From NCBI RefSeq assembly GCF_030028105.1, contig NC_092372.1, positions 170,630,058-170,694,057 on the forward strand: a stretch of DNA of 64,000 nucleotides, read 5' to 3'. The notes beneath the pieces are model-generated. The model saw nothing but the letters and a program-made list of their open reading frames with translations, was not told where the DNA came from and did no database searches. Below are positions 52,321-63,924 of this stretch, piece by piece. Within the stretch, counting starts at the first letter, position 1; every line of letters begins with the position of its first letter. The translations under genes were made by a program, and so were the position numbers. This stretch comes from Mobula birostris (lineage: Eukaryota).

Positions 52321-52747
52321 GAATATGCTGACCTTCTTGAGGTCTTCAGTAAGAAGAAGGCCACTTCCTTGTCTCCACATTGGCCATACGACCATGTCAT
52401 TCATCTCCTACCAGATTCTAGTCCTCCTCAGAGCCAACTCTTTTCCCTCCCTTGTCCTGAAATGATGGCCTTGGAAGAATGGCTTCAAGGAGGCATGGGA
52501 TTTATCTGTCCATCTACCTCACCAGATTTTTTCTGAGCAAGAAGATGGCAAACTCTGTCCCTGCATTAACTAACTATTGGCCTCGCAACAATGTCACGGT
52601 GAAGAATCACTACCCTCCTCCCCTGCTTGCCTCTGCATTTGAACATCTCCAAGGAGTATACATACTGTATATAAACTCTAACATAGCTGTATGCAATGCA
52701 TCCGAGAGGGGACGAGTGGAAGACAGCATTCAACACCCACACTGAGT

Positions 52748-53725
52748 TGTACCCAGAGTCGTACGCGAACGCGATCATATGAAACAATGCGTCCAGCAGC
52801 AGGCCGACAATTACAACAAATCAGCCAAAGATCTTGCCCCACTCGACGAAGGGGATATCATGTGCATGCAACCCCTGGTGCAAGATAAAAACAATTGGGA
52901 GAAAGCAATTGTGTGTCGGCGCCTTGATGAGCGTTCATATGTAGTTCAAACACCTTCTGGGATCTACTGACATAATCACACACATCTACGAAAGACGGCT
53001 GAGGAACCGCCTGAAAAGCTAATCACATATGAACAGGCAAAACTAGGCCAATCAACCGAGATCAATGACCACAGTGTGCCTACCGCATCAAATGCACACA
53101 GCCAAACACTAGCAGAGGCTAATGACAATGACCACAGTGTGCCTACTGCATCAAATGCACACAGCCAAACACTAGCAGAGGCTAATGGCACAACACAAAC
53201 ACTAACACAAACGTTGAAACATGCAAATAACAAACAACAGGATTCGGACAAAACAGTAAAAACTCGTTCTGGCCGCACAGTGAAAAGGCCACAACATCTA
53301 GAAGACTTTGTCCCACATCGAATAATCGCATGAACAATTGAACAATAAGTCTGTAACACTATTTGGAATTTTAATGTCATGTTTATACTCAAAGAAGGAC
53401 CATGTCCTACTTGTGGTTGTGTAGTTTGTAGTTTGAAGTTAAAGTCGAATTTTAGTATGTTTTATATTTTGTAAATAATGAGTGGTATGTATTTGTGATA
53501 GGCATAGGAGACATAACGCATGATTAATAAATGCTTTGAAAGTTAATTCCATGAAAATACACTGGAAAGCAGACTTCAGAGAAATTGAGTTTAATTGTTA
53601 ATACAATTGTTCCTTTTCTTTGTTTTGATAAAAAGGGGGATGTTATGATATACTTGTACATGCACTCGTGAGCAGACGATTAAAGATGGTGCGCATGCGC
53701 CGTTGTTTTTATCTGAAATAACTCT
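52748..53725 (+). mobile_element. Mag-type Gypsy 3' end (integrase C-terminus, PPT, partial 3' LTR)
   Basis: QADNYNKSAKDLAPLDEGD...WEKAIV..RLDERSYVVQT; TRSGRTVKRPQHLEDFV; PPT aaaaaggggga followed by tgttatg at 53641. Confidence 0.87.
53064..53189 (+). repeat. 63-bp in-frame tandem duplication
   Basis: Two copies encoding NDHSVPTASNAHSQTLAEAN(D/G), 2 mismatches. Confidence 0.95.
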
Positions 53726-53729
53726 CTCA

Positions 53730-56364
53730 AAACACTTTCTGATGCATTAAGGGACAGGCTTGTATGTGGCATGCATAGTCAAAGCACTCAAAAGGGGCTA
53801 CTGTCTAAAAGAGACCTAACCTTAGAACAGGCATTGGCCATTGCAATATCGTTAGAGACTACCGTGAAGGATGCAACGGAACTACAGAAAAGGAGGTTAG
53901 AATGTGAAATGCATAAGATGTCCCTGAATGGTGGAAAAAGCCAAAAATGTTGTCGATGTGGCAAGTCCTCCCATGATGCAAATGACTGTTGGTTCAAGGA
54001 AAAAGTCTGCAGAAAGTGTCATAGACAAGGTTGCATAGAGAGAGTGTGCAAGGCAGACAAAAAGCAAAACCAAAGAGAAAAACCACACCGAGTGAAGAGT
54101 TTCACACACAAAACTAAACAAATGCATTAAACTGACCAAATGTGAAACAGACAACACAGTCTGACAAAGGAGAGATGTCATGCCTAGAATTGCATAGTAT
54201 TACTGAAGCAGATCGCAAAATAATATGGATCACAATAGATGCATCTGGTGTAAAACTGAATATGGAACTGGACACACAGTCAGCTCTGTCTATTATTTCA
54301 GAGGCTGACTACAACAGTCTGTTAGGGAAGACCTCAGTGATGCTAAAGACCTACACAGGTGGAAAAGCGTGTCCCAAAGGCAAACTGAAGATAAATGTGA
54401 TGTATGGAGGCTAACACAGCAGTTAGAGCTTTATGTATTGAAAGGTGGAGGGCCAGCACTTTTTGAATGTGAATAGCAGGAGAAAAATCCAACTAGACTG
54501 GCACTCAGTCAAAATTCTCAGTATGGCATCAACAGGCAACTGCAGTCCAAATGGTAGCACTAACCTAAGGCGGTCACAGATGTTTAATGCTAATGAGAAG
54601 GTGTTTGAGAAGGGAATAGATAAACAGAATGAAAACTCGGCCAAAAGCTGTTCAGTATGCCAAAAAAGTTCAAAATGTGTCCCCAGAGCACCATTACACC
54701 CGTGGGAGTGGCCGTCATCACCCATAGAAAAGTGTACATATTGACTTTGCTGGGCCATTCATGGACTCCATGTTTCTGATTGCCATGTTTGCTCATTCAA
54801 AGAGGCCGGAGGTTACACCAATGAAGTCAAACATCCCAGCAAAGACTGTCTCCGCTCTGAGGACTCTCCTCACCAGAAATGGCTTACCAGAACAAATTGT
54901 GAGCGGCAATGGACCACAATACATGTCAGAAGAACTCCGACTGTTCATGAAGGAATATGGCATCAGGCACTTCAAGTCAGCCCCTGACCACGCAGCAACA
55001 AATGGGTTAGCTGAAAGGTTTATACAAACCTCCAAGAAGTCCATTAAAAGCAATGAGCAAAGAGAACATTTCTCTACAGTACAAGGTGGACAATTTCCTT
55101 TTTGTGTTTCGGAACTCTGTTCATGCAATGACTAATTAAACACCTGCAATTCTGTTCATAAACAGAAATCTGAGATCTCACATAAACCTCCTGAAACCAG
55201 GTCTACAGAGAGAAGTGCAGAATAAACAGTTCAGCCAGTTGCTAAGTGAAGCTGCAAGGAGCTTCGAGATTGGACAGGAAGTCCTAGTGTGTGATACCAA
55301 GAAGACAAGTGGACACCCAGTAGGACAGCTACAAGAACTGGACCTCTGATGTACACAGTGGATATTGGAGCTCAGACATGGAGAGATCATGTGGACCAGA
55401 TACTGGATGCTCAACCAAAGAACACACCTGAGTCCATTGCATCCAGCAAGGTGAACACATGACAGACATTGGACTTTACTCTCAGTGATGATCATGTCAC
55501 TGACAATAATGTAACACTGGAAACCAGGAACATTGTCTTAGGCAAGACCAAACCCGATGCCACTCCATAGGCCCAAAGTACTATCCTGAAAGAAACAGAG
55601 CCCCACCCAAAAGACTGAACCTTTAGAATTGTGAAGTTAGTTATGGACTGTTATTGTAAAAGCATGTTCACTTGGAATATGGGTTTATGAAAGGGAAATT
55701 GAACGTTTTGTACATATATAGTTTTACAAGGGGTGATTGATAAGTTCGTGGCCTAAGGTAGAAGGAGTCAATTTTAGAAAACCTAGCACATTTATTTTTC
55801 AACATAGTCCCCTCCTACATTTACACACTTAGTCCAGCGGTCGTGGAGCATATGAATCTTGGACCTCCAGAAGGTGCCCACAGCAGGGGTGATTGATAAG
55901 TTTGTGGCCTAAGGTAGAAGGAGATGAGTTATTAACTTCAAACTTTCTGCATAATCACTCAAAGAGTTGAACTGCACGTGCATGTAACGAAAGCTGTATA
56001 ACTCATCTCCTTCTAACTTAGGCTGTGGGCACTTTCTGGAGGTCCAATATCCATATACTCCACGACCACTGAAAAATAAACCTGCTAGGTTTTCTAAAAT
56101 TGACTCCTTCTACCTTAGGCCACGAACTTATCAATCACCCCTTGTATGTTGCATTAACCTAAAGGGAGAGAAAGTATAATGCATGGATCTATTTCTTTTA
56201 GAGCAATAACCCCACCCCCACCCACTTTAGCTCTACACATTGATCTGTTGTCTGTGTGTACACATTGTTTTCTCTCTCTGTCGCTGCAAAGTGAATACTC
56301 CAGTTAAAGCCATCTCCCATGTACGTGCTTTTATTTAATTGATATGTAGTTGTGCATAGACACA
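53730..56364 (+). mobile_element. Second Mag-type Gypsy remnant (gag C-terminus, protease, integrase, 3' LTR; RT/RNase H deleted)
   Basis: DALRDRLVCGM, twin knuckles CCRCGKSSHDANDC / CRKCHRQG, protease MELDTQSALSIIS, integrase APLHPWEWP...HIDFAGPF...GNGPQY...TNGLAERF; purine tract aaagggagagaaag then LTR about 56175-56364. Confidence 0.88.
55727..56144. mobile_element. Mariner-type MITE with nested internal TIR copy
   Basis: TA flanks 55725-26 and 56145-46; near-perfect TIR caaggggtgattgataagttcgtggcctaaggtagaaggagtcaattttagaaaacctagca; second TIR copy starts at 55884. Confidence 0.92.
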
Positions 56365-56816
56365 TTATCCATATCCATAAATGCAGAAAACCTCGGTAAC
56401 CTCCTTTGCGCATAGCGACAGGATGCACAGGCTTCTCTCTCAGGCAGCAGGGTGATCCCATAAGCGATCAGAAAGCAGGAAGCCTTCATCTCAATCTCCC
56501 TCATCACTTTAATCAGTGAACAATGGAAGCTTTAATCGGTGAAATCAAGTCAAACATTGGCTTCTACCCTGTCCCGTAGCCTCCTCTTCTTGAGGCCTGC
56601 GCTCCCTGCCTCCTGGATCCTTCCGGAGACAGCAAAGCACTGGATCACCCAAAAATCTTCAAACTGAAAATCACAGGCTCCAACAGTCCAAGAAACACAT
56701 TCAAGGTGAAAAACAAACGTAAAAGCAGAAAATAAGTGAAATAAAAAGTTCTGTGCTCTATCCAGAAGATGTCAACTGAGGGAGCATTGTACACAGACGC
56801 CATCTTGACTAGAAGA
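56365..56816 (-). mobile_element. 5' part of a non-autonomous non-LTR element
   Basis: Minus strand starts cttctagtcaagatggcgtc, the same aagatggc start type as 51647-52320. Confidence 0.5.
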
Positions 56817-57493
56817 TCCAATACTACAAGCACGGGCTGTTCGGCTTCGCCAACAGGCAAGGCCTCACAAACCAGGTGAAATGGTCTGGCTGGTGTCTAG
56901 TTCTCTTCCTTTGAGAGCTGAGATCCGCAATTTGGCTTCACACTACTTCCGATCATTCATAGAAGAGAACACTATCAACGAAGCCTCCTATTGACTGCGT
57001 CTGTATGTTTCCCAGCAAGGCTGTGACTTCCTCCTCCTCTGCTCCAGTCACCCCCTTCCTCCCCTCTTGGCGGATTCTGTGCAGTGGTCTATTCTGTGCA
57101 GTACATCCTGGCATCCTCCTGGTTGCTAAGCAGTATCCAGCACCTCATGGATTGGGAAGGATATGGTCACGGGGAACATTCTTAGGTTCCGGTTCAACAC
57201 ACCCTAGACAAGTCTTTTATCTGGGACTTCCAGTGGACACAGGCTTCTAGCGCCTCAGGAGCTGCACTAGAGAGGAGGGCCCCGTCACAACCTCGGACGC
57301 TGCTATGGAATCTGGGCACTCCCGCAGACGGGCGGCCGGAAGAAGTCAGCAACCACACATGTAAAAATGTACATTCCAGTCAATTTGAGTTACTTGTTAA
57401 TTGTATTTAACTCCCTTTCTTTCATTCCAGCCTTGTCAAGTCTTGACCAAAGCACAGCGACCCCAATGCCCCCTCCTTACCTTAGTGCACACT

Positions 57494-57756
57494 CTGGGGA
57501 AGAATTTAATAGCTTAGATAGACAGAGTAAACTAGTAATATCAATTTAGTATTAAGTTACTGAATCCAAGCCACAGTGACGGCGTTAGCTTTTCATTTGG
57601 GAATTTTAGTTTGCGGCCCTGTTGCCTGGGAAAGAATTTAATAGCTTAGATAGACAGAGTAAACTAGTAGTATCAATTTAGTATTAAGTTACTGAATCCA
57701 AGCCACAGTGACGGCGTTAGCTTTTCATTTGAGAATTTTAGTTTGCGGCCCTGTTG
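57494..57756 (+). repeat. 132-bp tandem duplication in the chromovirus 3' LTR
   Basis: Two near-identical copies starting 57494 and 57626; the 5' LTR has only one copy of this segment. Confidence 0.95.
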
Positions 57757-58124
57757 GCCAAGCATTTATTACTTTTCTTTGTTCTGTACAATTCTTATTA
57801 AAAATCAGTGAACTGTCCAGTCTGCTTCTGTGTCTCTCCCTCTGCATTTGGGCCATAACCAAACATCTGTCTCCATATGCCTAGTTCTACTTCTCTCTCC
57901 ACGGATGCTGCCTGGCTTGCTATTTCCAACATTTTCCATTCTTAGTTCAGAATTCAACTGGTAGCTTTTTTAAAAACTTTGTCTTTTAAGGATAGATGAT
58001 GCTCGATTATTTGCCATGAGTGTTCCCTGCAACAATCTTAGGTAGATCCAGATCCTAAGTGAAGATTAAGAGGGATAAGAAGAGAAACGCTTGCTGAATT
58101 CCTTCAGTATTTTGTGTGTGTCAT

Positions 58125-58503
58125 CTATATAGAATCTTCCTGATGTCAAACCCAGTAAAATATGTTTGAAACATTGCCACTCTTGCAGTAAAGGAAATAC
58201 CACAATTAATTCTCAAACAACAAGCTCCTACAAACAGGAATGCAAGAACAACCAGATGATTAATTTTGATGATGTTGCTTGAGAAATAAATATTTGGCAA
58301 TAATATATAAGGCAACATAATATACGCCTCATCAAATCCTTTTACATGTGCCTTAGAGTGCAGGTGGGAATTTGATTTAAAGTTCATCCAAAAGTTATCA
58401 CATCCAGTAGTGGAACACTACTTCAGCCTAGATTTTTGTGCTGAAATCTCTGGAACAAACAACCTTGTGACTCAGTACTGCTAAGTCAAGCCACAGCTGA
58501 CTC
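58125..58503 (-). mobile_element. Ancient Deu-domain SINE (SacSINE1/AmnSINE1-related) remnant
   Basis: caagctcctacaaacagg...gatgttgcttgagaaataaatatttggc...tcagcctagatttttgtgctgaaatctctgga...caaccttgtgactcag...agccacagctgac matches my recollection of the shark DeuSINE consensus. Confidence 0.65.
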
Positions 58504-58924
58504 AGGCTAAGATAGCAAAGCAGTGATTTGGTGCATAGAACTAGAGCTGGCAAGAACATCTCAAACCACCTTTCAACCCATAATTGGTAATTGAATCCTG
58601 TCTTGTGTTGTGTGATTATTTTCCTCATTTAGATGATCACACTGACTGATTCCACAGACAGACTGCTGCAGCCTCTTACCGATCTTCCAGTTGTCAATGT
58701 TCAACGAACTTCCACTTTGGCTTCCAAATTTCTTCTTCTAAAAGGGTAACACAGCAGGAAATATCAGTCCTTCTCCATTTACTCCCACCCTTGATACTGC
58801 TCCAGCTGTGATTTTAGAAAACCTATTTTACCTTTCAAATGCCGCTCCAGTGCTGGATAGATTTTCACCCTGCAGGAAGGATGATACTGATGTGAACCCA
58901 TTAGGCAAAGACAGTGAGAGCACC

Positions 58925-59255
58925 AGGAGGCAGCATTTGACTGAGGTAATGTTTCCACTTGAGTGGTGGGGTGGAGATAAGGAGGTGTAAGGTGCTCCTT
59001 CCCTCTGCCAGCCTGCAGGTCACTCTCGGGCAAGGTGTGCACCTGCTTAGCCCCCTAACCAGGATCACGTGAAGCCATGGGACCAGATGGCCGTACGAGC
59101 CGCTGGTGCATATCACAATTCCTGGGTATGTCACTGCTGACACCAGGCAAACAATCCCTGAAGAATATTGATAATGGCTTGGTTCACCTGCCTTGTAAGG
59201 ACACTGTCCAGAAGAAGGCAATGGCAAACTACTTTTGTAGAAAAACTTTGCCAAA
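58925..59255 (+). mobile_element. RTE-related SINE/non-autonomous element
   Basis: ggtcactctcgggcaagg (CORE-like) and agaagaaggcaatggcaaactactt (RTE/BovB-type motif). Confidence 0.6.
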
Positions 59256-60170
59256 GGATCCTGTCAAGCCTGTAGAAATCGGCTGCACAAGATTCTCCAC
59301 CAATGAGAGGTCCTGGTGTCAGATTCGAAGTTGCTGCTATTACTGCAGGGAAGCAGGTCACCTGTGGGCCGAATGTTTGAAGCTGCAGCCATTGGGAGAA
59401 GTGCTAAGACCATTCAGTGCTCGAAGGATCCCAGTCACACAGATTCTGGTGTCATGCTGAAGGCAGAGATCTCCTAAGGTGAGAACCAAAGGGAGGTGAA
59501 TGCTTTTGTGGACTCTGGGACAGCTGGAAATTTCCTGGACTTGAATTCTGAGATGTTCTCCATAGGTACACCTTCACCAACTTGGATGATATCTTAATCA
59601 GCTCGAAGTCCATGGAGGAGCACGTTGCTTACATCAGGGACATTTTAAAGAGGCTTCTAGACGGTAGACTTTATGTCAAGCTGGAGAAATCTAAATTTCA
59701 TGTGACCACCATTTCATTTTTGGGTTGTATCATCTCCAATGGCAACCTCAAGATGGACCCCACTGAGACCCAGGCAGTCAGAAACCCCCACAATCATCCA
59801 ATGTGAAACAAGTCCTATGACTCCTGGGATTTGCTGACTTTTACTGGAAGCTCATCAGGAACTTCAGCTCAGTGACAGCTCCACAGACATCTCCAACTGA
59901 GAAGTCCACAGGCCCTTTTGTTTGGACTACGGAAGTGGAGGCTGCTTTTGAAGAGCTTGGCAGCGGTTCATGACAGCTCCCATTTTGGTTTTACCTAATC
60001 CGGACCTGCCCTTCAACATGCAGGTGGATGCCTCGCATGTCAGAGTGGGTGCAGCTTTGGCTCAACGGACCCTTTCGGACAGAAAACTGCATCTGAGTGC
60101 ACTCTTCTCCAGACGGCTATCCCCGGAAGAAGTGAGAAATGACATTGGGAATAGAGAGCTGCTCGCGGTT

Positions 60171-60248
60171 TCAATAGGTTTTCAATAGATCCAGTTAGTG
60201 TCAGAGAAATGTATACAATATACATCCTGAAATTCTTTTTCTTCACAA
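60171..60248 (-). mobile_element. 5'-truncated tail of the 30011-30337 family inserted in RNase H
   Basis: Removal restores ELLAV/KMALEDW. Confidence 0.8.
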
Positions 60249-60890
60249 GATGGCTTTGGAAGACTGGCATCCCTGGCTTGAGGGAGCCAAGAACTCTTTT
60301 GTTATTGGGACAAACCACAAGAACTTAGCTTATATTCATGAGGCCAAGAAAATGAATTCTGGGCAGGTCAGGTGGCCTCTTTTCTTTAACTGTTTTAAGT
60401 TCATTCTGACCTATCGACCAGGGTCAAAAAACCAGAAATCAGATGCCCTGTCCCATCAGCTCGATGAACCCGAACAAGAGGAGCAGCCTGCCACCATTTT
60501 GCCCCAAGCCAAGGTGATAGCACCAGTTTGGTGGGGAATTGATGCTCTTGCTCACAGGGCCAAGGGCAAGGGGAGATTTCTAACAACTGTCCTCCAAGTG
60601 AACTATTCATCCCAAATTCTGGCCAGCCTCTGGTACTTCAATACATCGAGAATGACCACTCATCCAGGGGTTTCCAGTAGAGAAGGTACCAGTGGCCTGG
60701 AATGGTGAGAGAGGTCCGACAGTATGTGCAGACATATGAGGTGTGTGCCCAGAACAAAGAGTCCCATACCCAACCTCAGGGGCTCCTTCACCCCCTGCCT
60801 GTTCCAGACAGACCATGGGCACATATCTCCATGGACTTTGCCATAGGTCTTCCTCCTTCCAAGGGGAAGACCTTCATCCTTGTAATTGTG

Positions 60891-61125
60891 TTGGGCACGT
60901 GGCCAAGTCGTTAAGGCATTTGTCTAGTTACCTCAAGGTTGCTAGTCCAAGCCTCAGCTGTGGCAGCATGTTTGTGCCTTTGAGCAAGGCACTTAATCAC
61001 ACATTGCTCTAGTATGTGCGAAGAGTGGCGCCCCACACAGACTTCCAATCTGCGCCTTGTAAGGCATGAAAATGCCCGACGCAGGCCTCTCATGATCTGA
61101 GTCGACATTCCCTCCCTCCCCTCCC
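60891..61125 (+). mobile_element. tRNA-derived SINE sharing the head of 36874-37187 but with a different 3' half
   Basis: gggcacgtggccaagtcgttaaggc...ttgagcaaggcacttaatcacacattgctct then divergent body and (ccct)n tail; flanking taattgt repeat; removal restores ILVIV/DHF. Confidence 0.85.
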
Positions 61126-62318
61126 TTTTAATTGTCGATCATTTTATTGCCTTGCTACTATCTGTGGCAGAGATGGCCGAGATTGTCCTGCACCAGGTCT
61201 TCCGGATCCATGAACTTCCAGTGGGCATTGTGTCGGATCACAATCCTGAATTCGCATCATGTTTCTGGAGGGTGTTCTGTGAGCTGATTAGGACAACAGC
61301 GAGTCTCTCCTCTAGGTACCACCTGCAGTGCAACAGCCAGATGGAGCAGATGAACCAAGATTTGGAACAAACCCTTAGGTGCCTGGCCTCAGGAATACCT
61401 GACACGTGGTGCAACCATTTAACATGGGCAGAGGTCGCCCATAGCACTTTACAGCATTTGGTGTCTGGGATGTCCCCATTCAAATGTCAATTCGGAGTCA
61501 GAGGCCGAGGATGGGGTCCCTGTGGCTGATGATCCATCCAGCACTGCGAGGAAAAATGGACTAGAGCAAGGGAGATTTTGCTGGCTTCTACCTGGAAGGC
61601 TGAAATCAAGGCAAACCGATGGAGAAGGCATGGACCCACTTTGCAGCCTGGGCAACATTCTGGATGTCTACTCAGGATTTGCCTCTCCAGCTGGTGTTCA
61701 AGTTCATTGGCCTCTTCAAAGTTCTCAGGAGAGTAAACCTGCTGGCTTACACCTTGCAATTCCCTAAGGCCCTTCAGGTCAATCCCATTTTCCACATTAC
61801 CAAATCAAAACTTGTTACCTCCAGTCCTTTAGCCCCACCACTATCAGACCTGCTGCCACCCCCAGCTTTGTCAATGGGGAACAGGTCTTCACCGTTAGGA
61901 AAATTTTGGATTCACAAATTGATTGGGATGTTCAGCAGCTCCTCAGGGGCTGGGAGGGAATTGGACCTGAAGAACAGTGCCAGGTTCTGGAAAAGGACGT
62001 GTTGGATTTGGCTGTCATCCATGACCACTAATACCATCTCTCTGAGCAGCCAAGGCCATCAGCAGTCAGCCGTAGGGGAGGGGGTACTGTTACAATATGC
62101 ACCCAACCGTGCCAGATTCTGGAGTTTAGATGCTCTAACTCTCCACAGTATGGATAACTGGCGTGACCCCTTTAAGGATTCAGGACCATCTTACTAATTG
62201 GCAGCCATGTTTTGGCAGTAGGATTCAATGTTTAAGAAACACTTGAATGGTGGTTCAGTGGTCAATCATCAACTCTACTTGGAGTATCATCTAGCATCTA
62301 GTTTTGGTCTCTGTTCTT

Positions 62319-63085
62319 TGGGGAGTCCTCATGCAGGATTCTCTAAATGTTAGCTTGCAGGTTGAGTTGGTGGTTAGGAAGGTAAATGCATGTTAGCATT
62401 CTTTTCAAAACATTAAAATATAAAAGCAAGGATGTAACTCTGAGACATAGTGAGACATTAGATTTGGAGCATTGTGAGCTTTATTTTGGGCCCAATATCT
62501 AAGAAAGGATGTGCTGGCAGTTGGGGGGTTGTTATGAGAATGATCCTGGGGATGAGAAGATTAACATCTCAGGAGCCAGTACTCGCTGGTGTTCAGGATG
62601 GTGGGGTGGAAATCTTATTGAAACCTACCGAATTATGAAAGTTCTGAACAGAGTGGACATGAAAAGGATGATTCCAGTAGAGGAAGAGAGGGCATAGCCC
62701 TATAATAAAAGGATGTATTTTCCAGAGTTCATTAGAATGAAAGGAGATTACATCGAAACTTACAATATTCTTACAGAATTCCATAGGCTGAGGAGTTTAG
62801 AACTGATGTCACAGGCTCAGGATAAAGCATAGGCCATTTAGGACTGAGGTGAAAGGAAATTCCTCCATGCGGGATGATGAATTTGTGAAATTCACTTATC
62901 CTGGAGGACTATGGATGCTTAATCAAAATGTTAATGTAGTAGAATACTAGATATTAATAGAGTCAAGAAATATTGAGAATAATGCAAGGAACTGGTGTTG
63001 ATAGATCTACTCTGACCTTGATGAGTGATGGGACAGGCTTGAAGGGACAGACAGTCTACTCCTGTTACTGATTCTTATATTCTTA
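62319..63085 (+). mobile_element. CR1 3' fragments
   Basis: ggagtcctcatgcaggattctctaaatgtt..., GNLIETYRIMKVLNRVD; a second older CR1 tail follows from about 62730. Confidence 0.85.
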
Positions 63086-63924
63086 CATCCTTACTGCAGT
63101 GACTAGACTAAATGGCTTCTTTTGAAACTAGTGAAAATATATCTTAATAAAATAATAAACATTGATTCAAACTGGATTTGAGTGGGCAGCATCATTATCA
63201 GAGTCAATTAGATTCCAAATAATTGAATTGTTTATCATTTCTATGAAATGAATCAAGACAAATGTTGTGCAGTTTCATTCTCCCGCTGTTGTTATTACTC
63301 ACAAATCATCATTTGCAATGAAGTCAAAATCAACTTCCATTAGTATGAGTGAAGTTCCTAAAGAACATCCATAAAAACTTCTTTGGGGATTTGTGCATAC
63401 TTTGTTTTATCCAAAGGAAATAGACTATGATTGTTATAGTGACAATAATCAATCTCAGAATCAGGAATCATACATTTACAGATCATAAATATTTCTTTAA
63501 AAAACTTGGAGCAAAATGCTACATTCTAGCTTTTCACTTCTTCATCCACTCACATTATCCATCACCTTTCCAATATCCACAGCCCCACCATGACCAGCAC
63601 TTCAATATGTGGATTCCATCAATGGATATCATTACAATCTCTACTATAGTATACAATGATCAAAATTGAGTCTCTAGGAATTACCTTAGTCAAAGAAATC
63701 AGTCACAGTTTTTATGCTCTATTAATTTTCATTTTCTAAGGCAGTCCCTTAAGATTAAGGATATTTTACTTCCACTCTGGTATTGTGGGTTCTCAGCTGT
63801 CTGGTGTAGCTGATGTAGGAACCACAGGCTATTCCAAAAATGGAGCAAGTAGTACCTAAAGATAAGAATGGGTGGGTATTTTGTGGTTGGAGTGTTACCA
63901 CTTATGTAGGACTTAAGAATATTC

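Larger units (their letters stand above)
46234..57872 (+). mobile_element. Chromodomain Ty3/Gypsy (Sushi-like chromovirus), both LTRs present, heavily interrupted
   Basis: 5' LTR 46234-46632 (tgtcacaacc...ctgtca), 3' LTR 57283-57872 after purine tract agagaggaggg; TSD ccatg/ccata; gag PGRYSSDPDGCRNFITQC..F.AQP; protease AFIDS; RT start VFSKKKATSLSPHWPYDHVIHL to EGDEWKTAFNT; integrase tail PGEMVWL; chromodomain IQHLMDWEGYGHGEHS*VP at 57134-57190. Confidence 0.88.
59257..62318 (+). mobile_element. Second chromodomain Gypsy remnant (gag end to 3' LTR)
   Basis: Knuckle CYYCREAGH, protease AFVDSGTAGNFLD, RT LDDILI...LYVKLEKSKFH, RNase H APILVLP...VDAS...DIGNRELLAV, integrase GLLHPLPVPDRPWAHISMDF and IVSDHNPEFASCFW; PPT ggggaggggg then tgttaca at 62088. 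Confidence 0.92.

Noticed and set aside
52009-52536. 175-aa ORF as a novel fusion protein
   Set aside because: Chance read-through from the antisense strand of a GC-rich insertion into chromovirus pol
53064-53189. CRISPR-like array (also considered for 57494-57756 and 6432-6592)
   Set aside because: Two-copy head-to-tail duplications with no spacers, inside eukaryotic transposons
61619-62197. 192-aa ORF as a host chromodomain protein
   Set aside because: Frameshifted integrase C-terminus running through the PPT into the LTR
63090-63920. Unique sequence with ORFs of 80 and 65 aa
   Set aside because: AT-rich, no recognisable motifs or splice structure; cannot support a call
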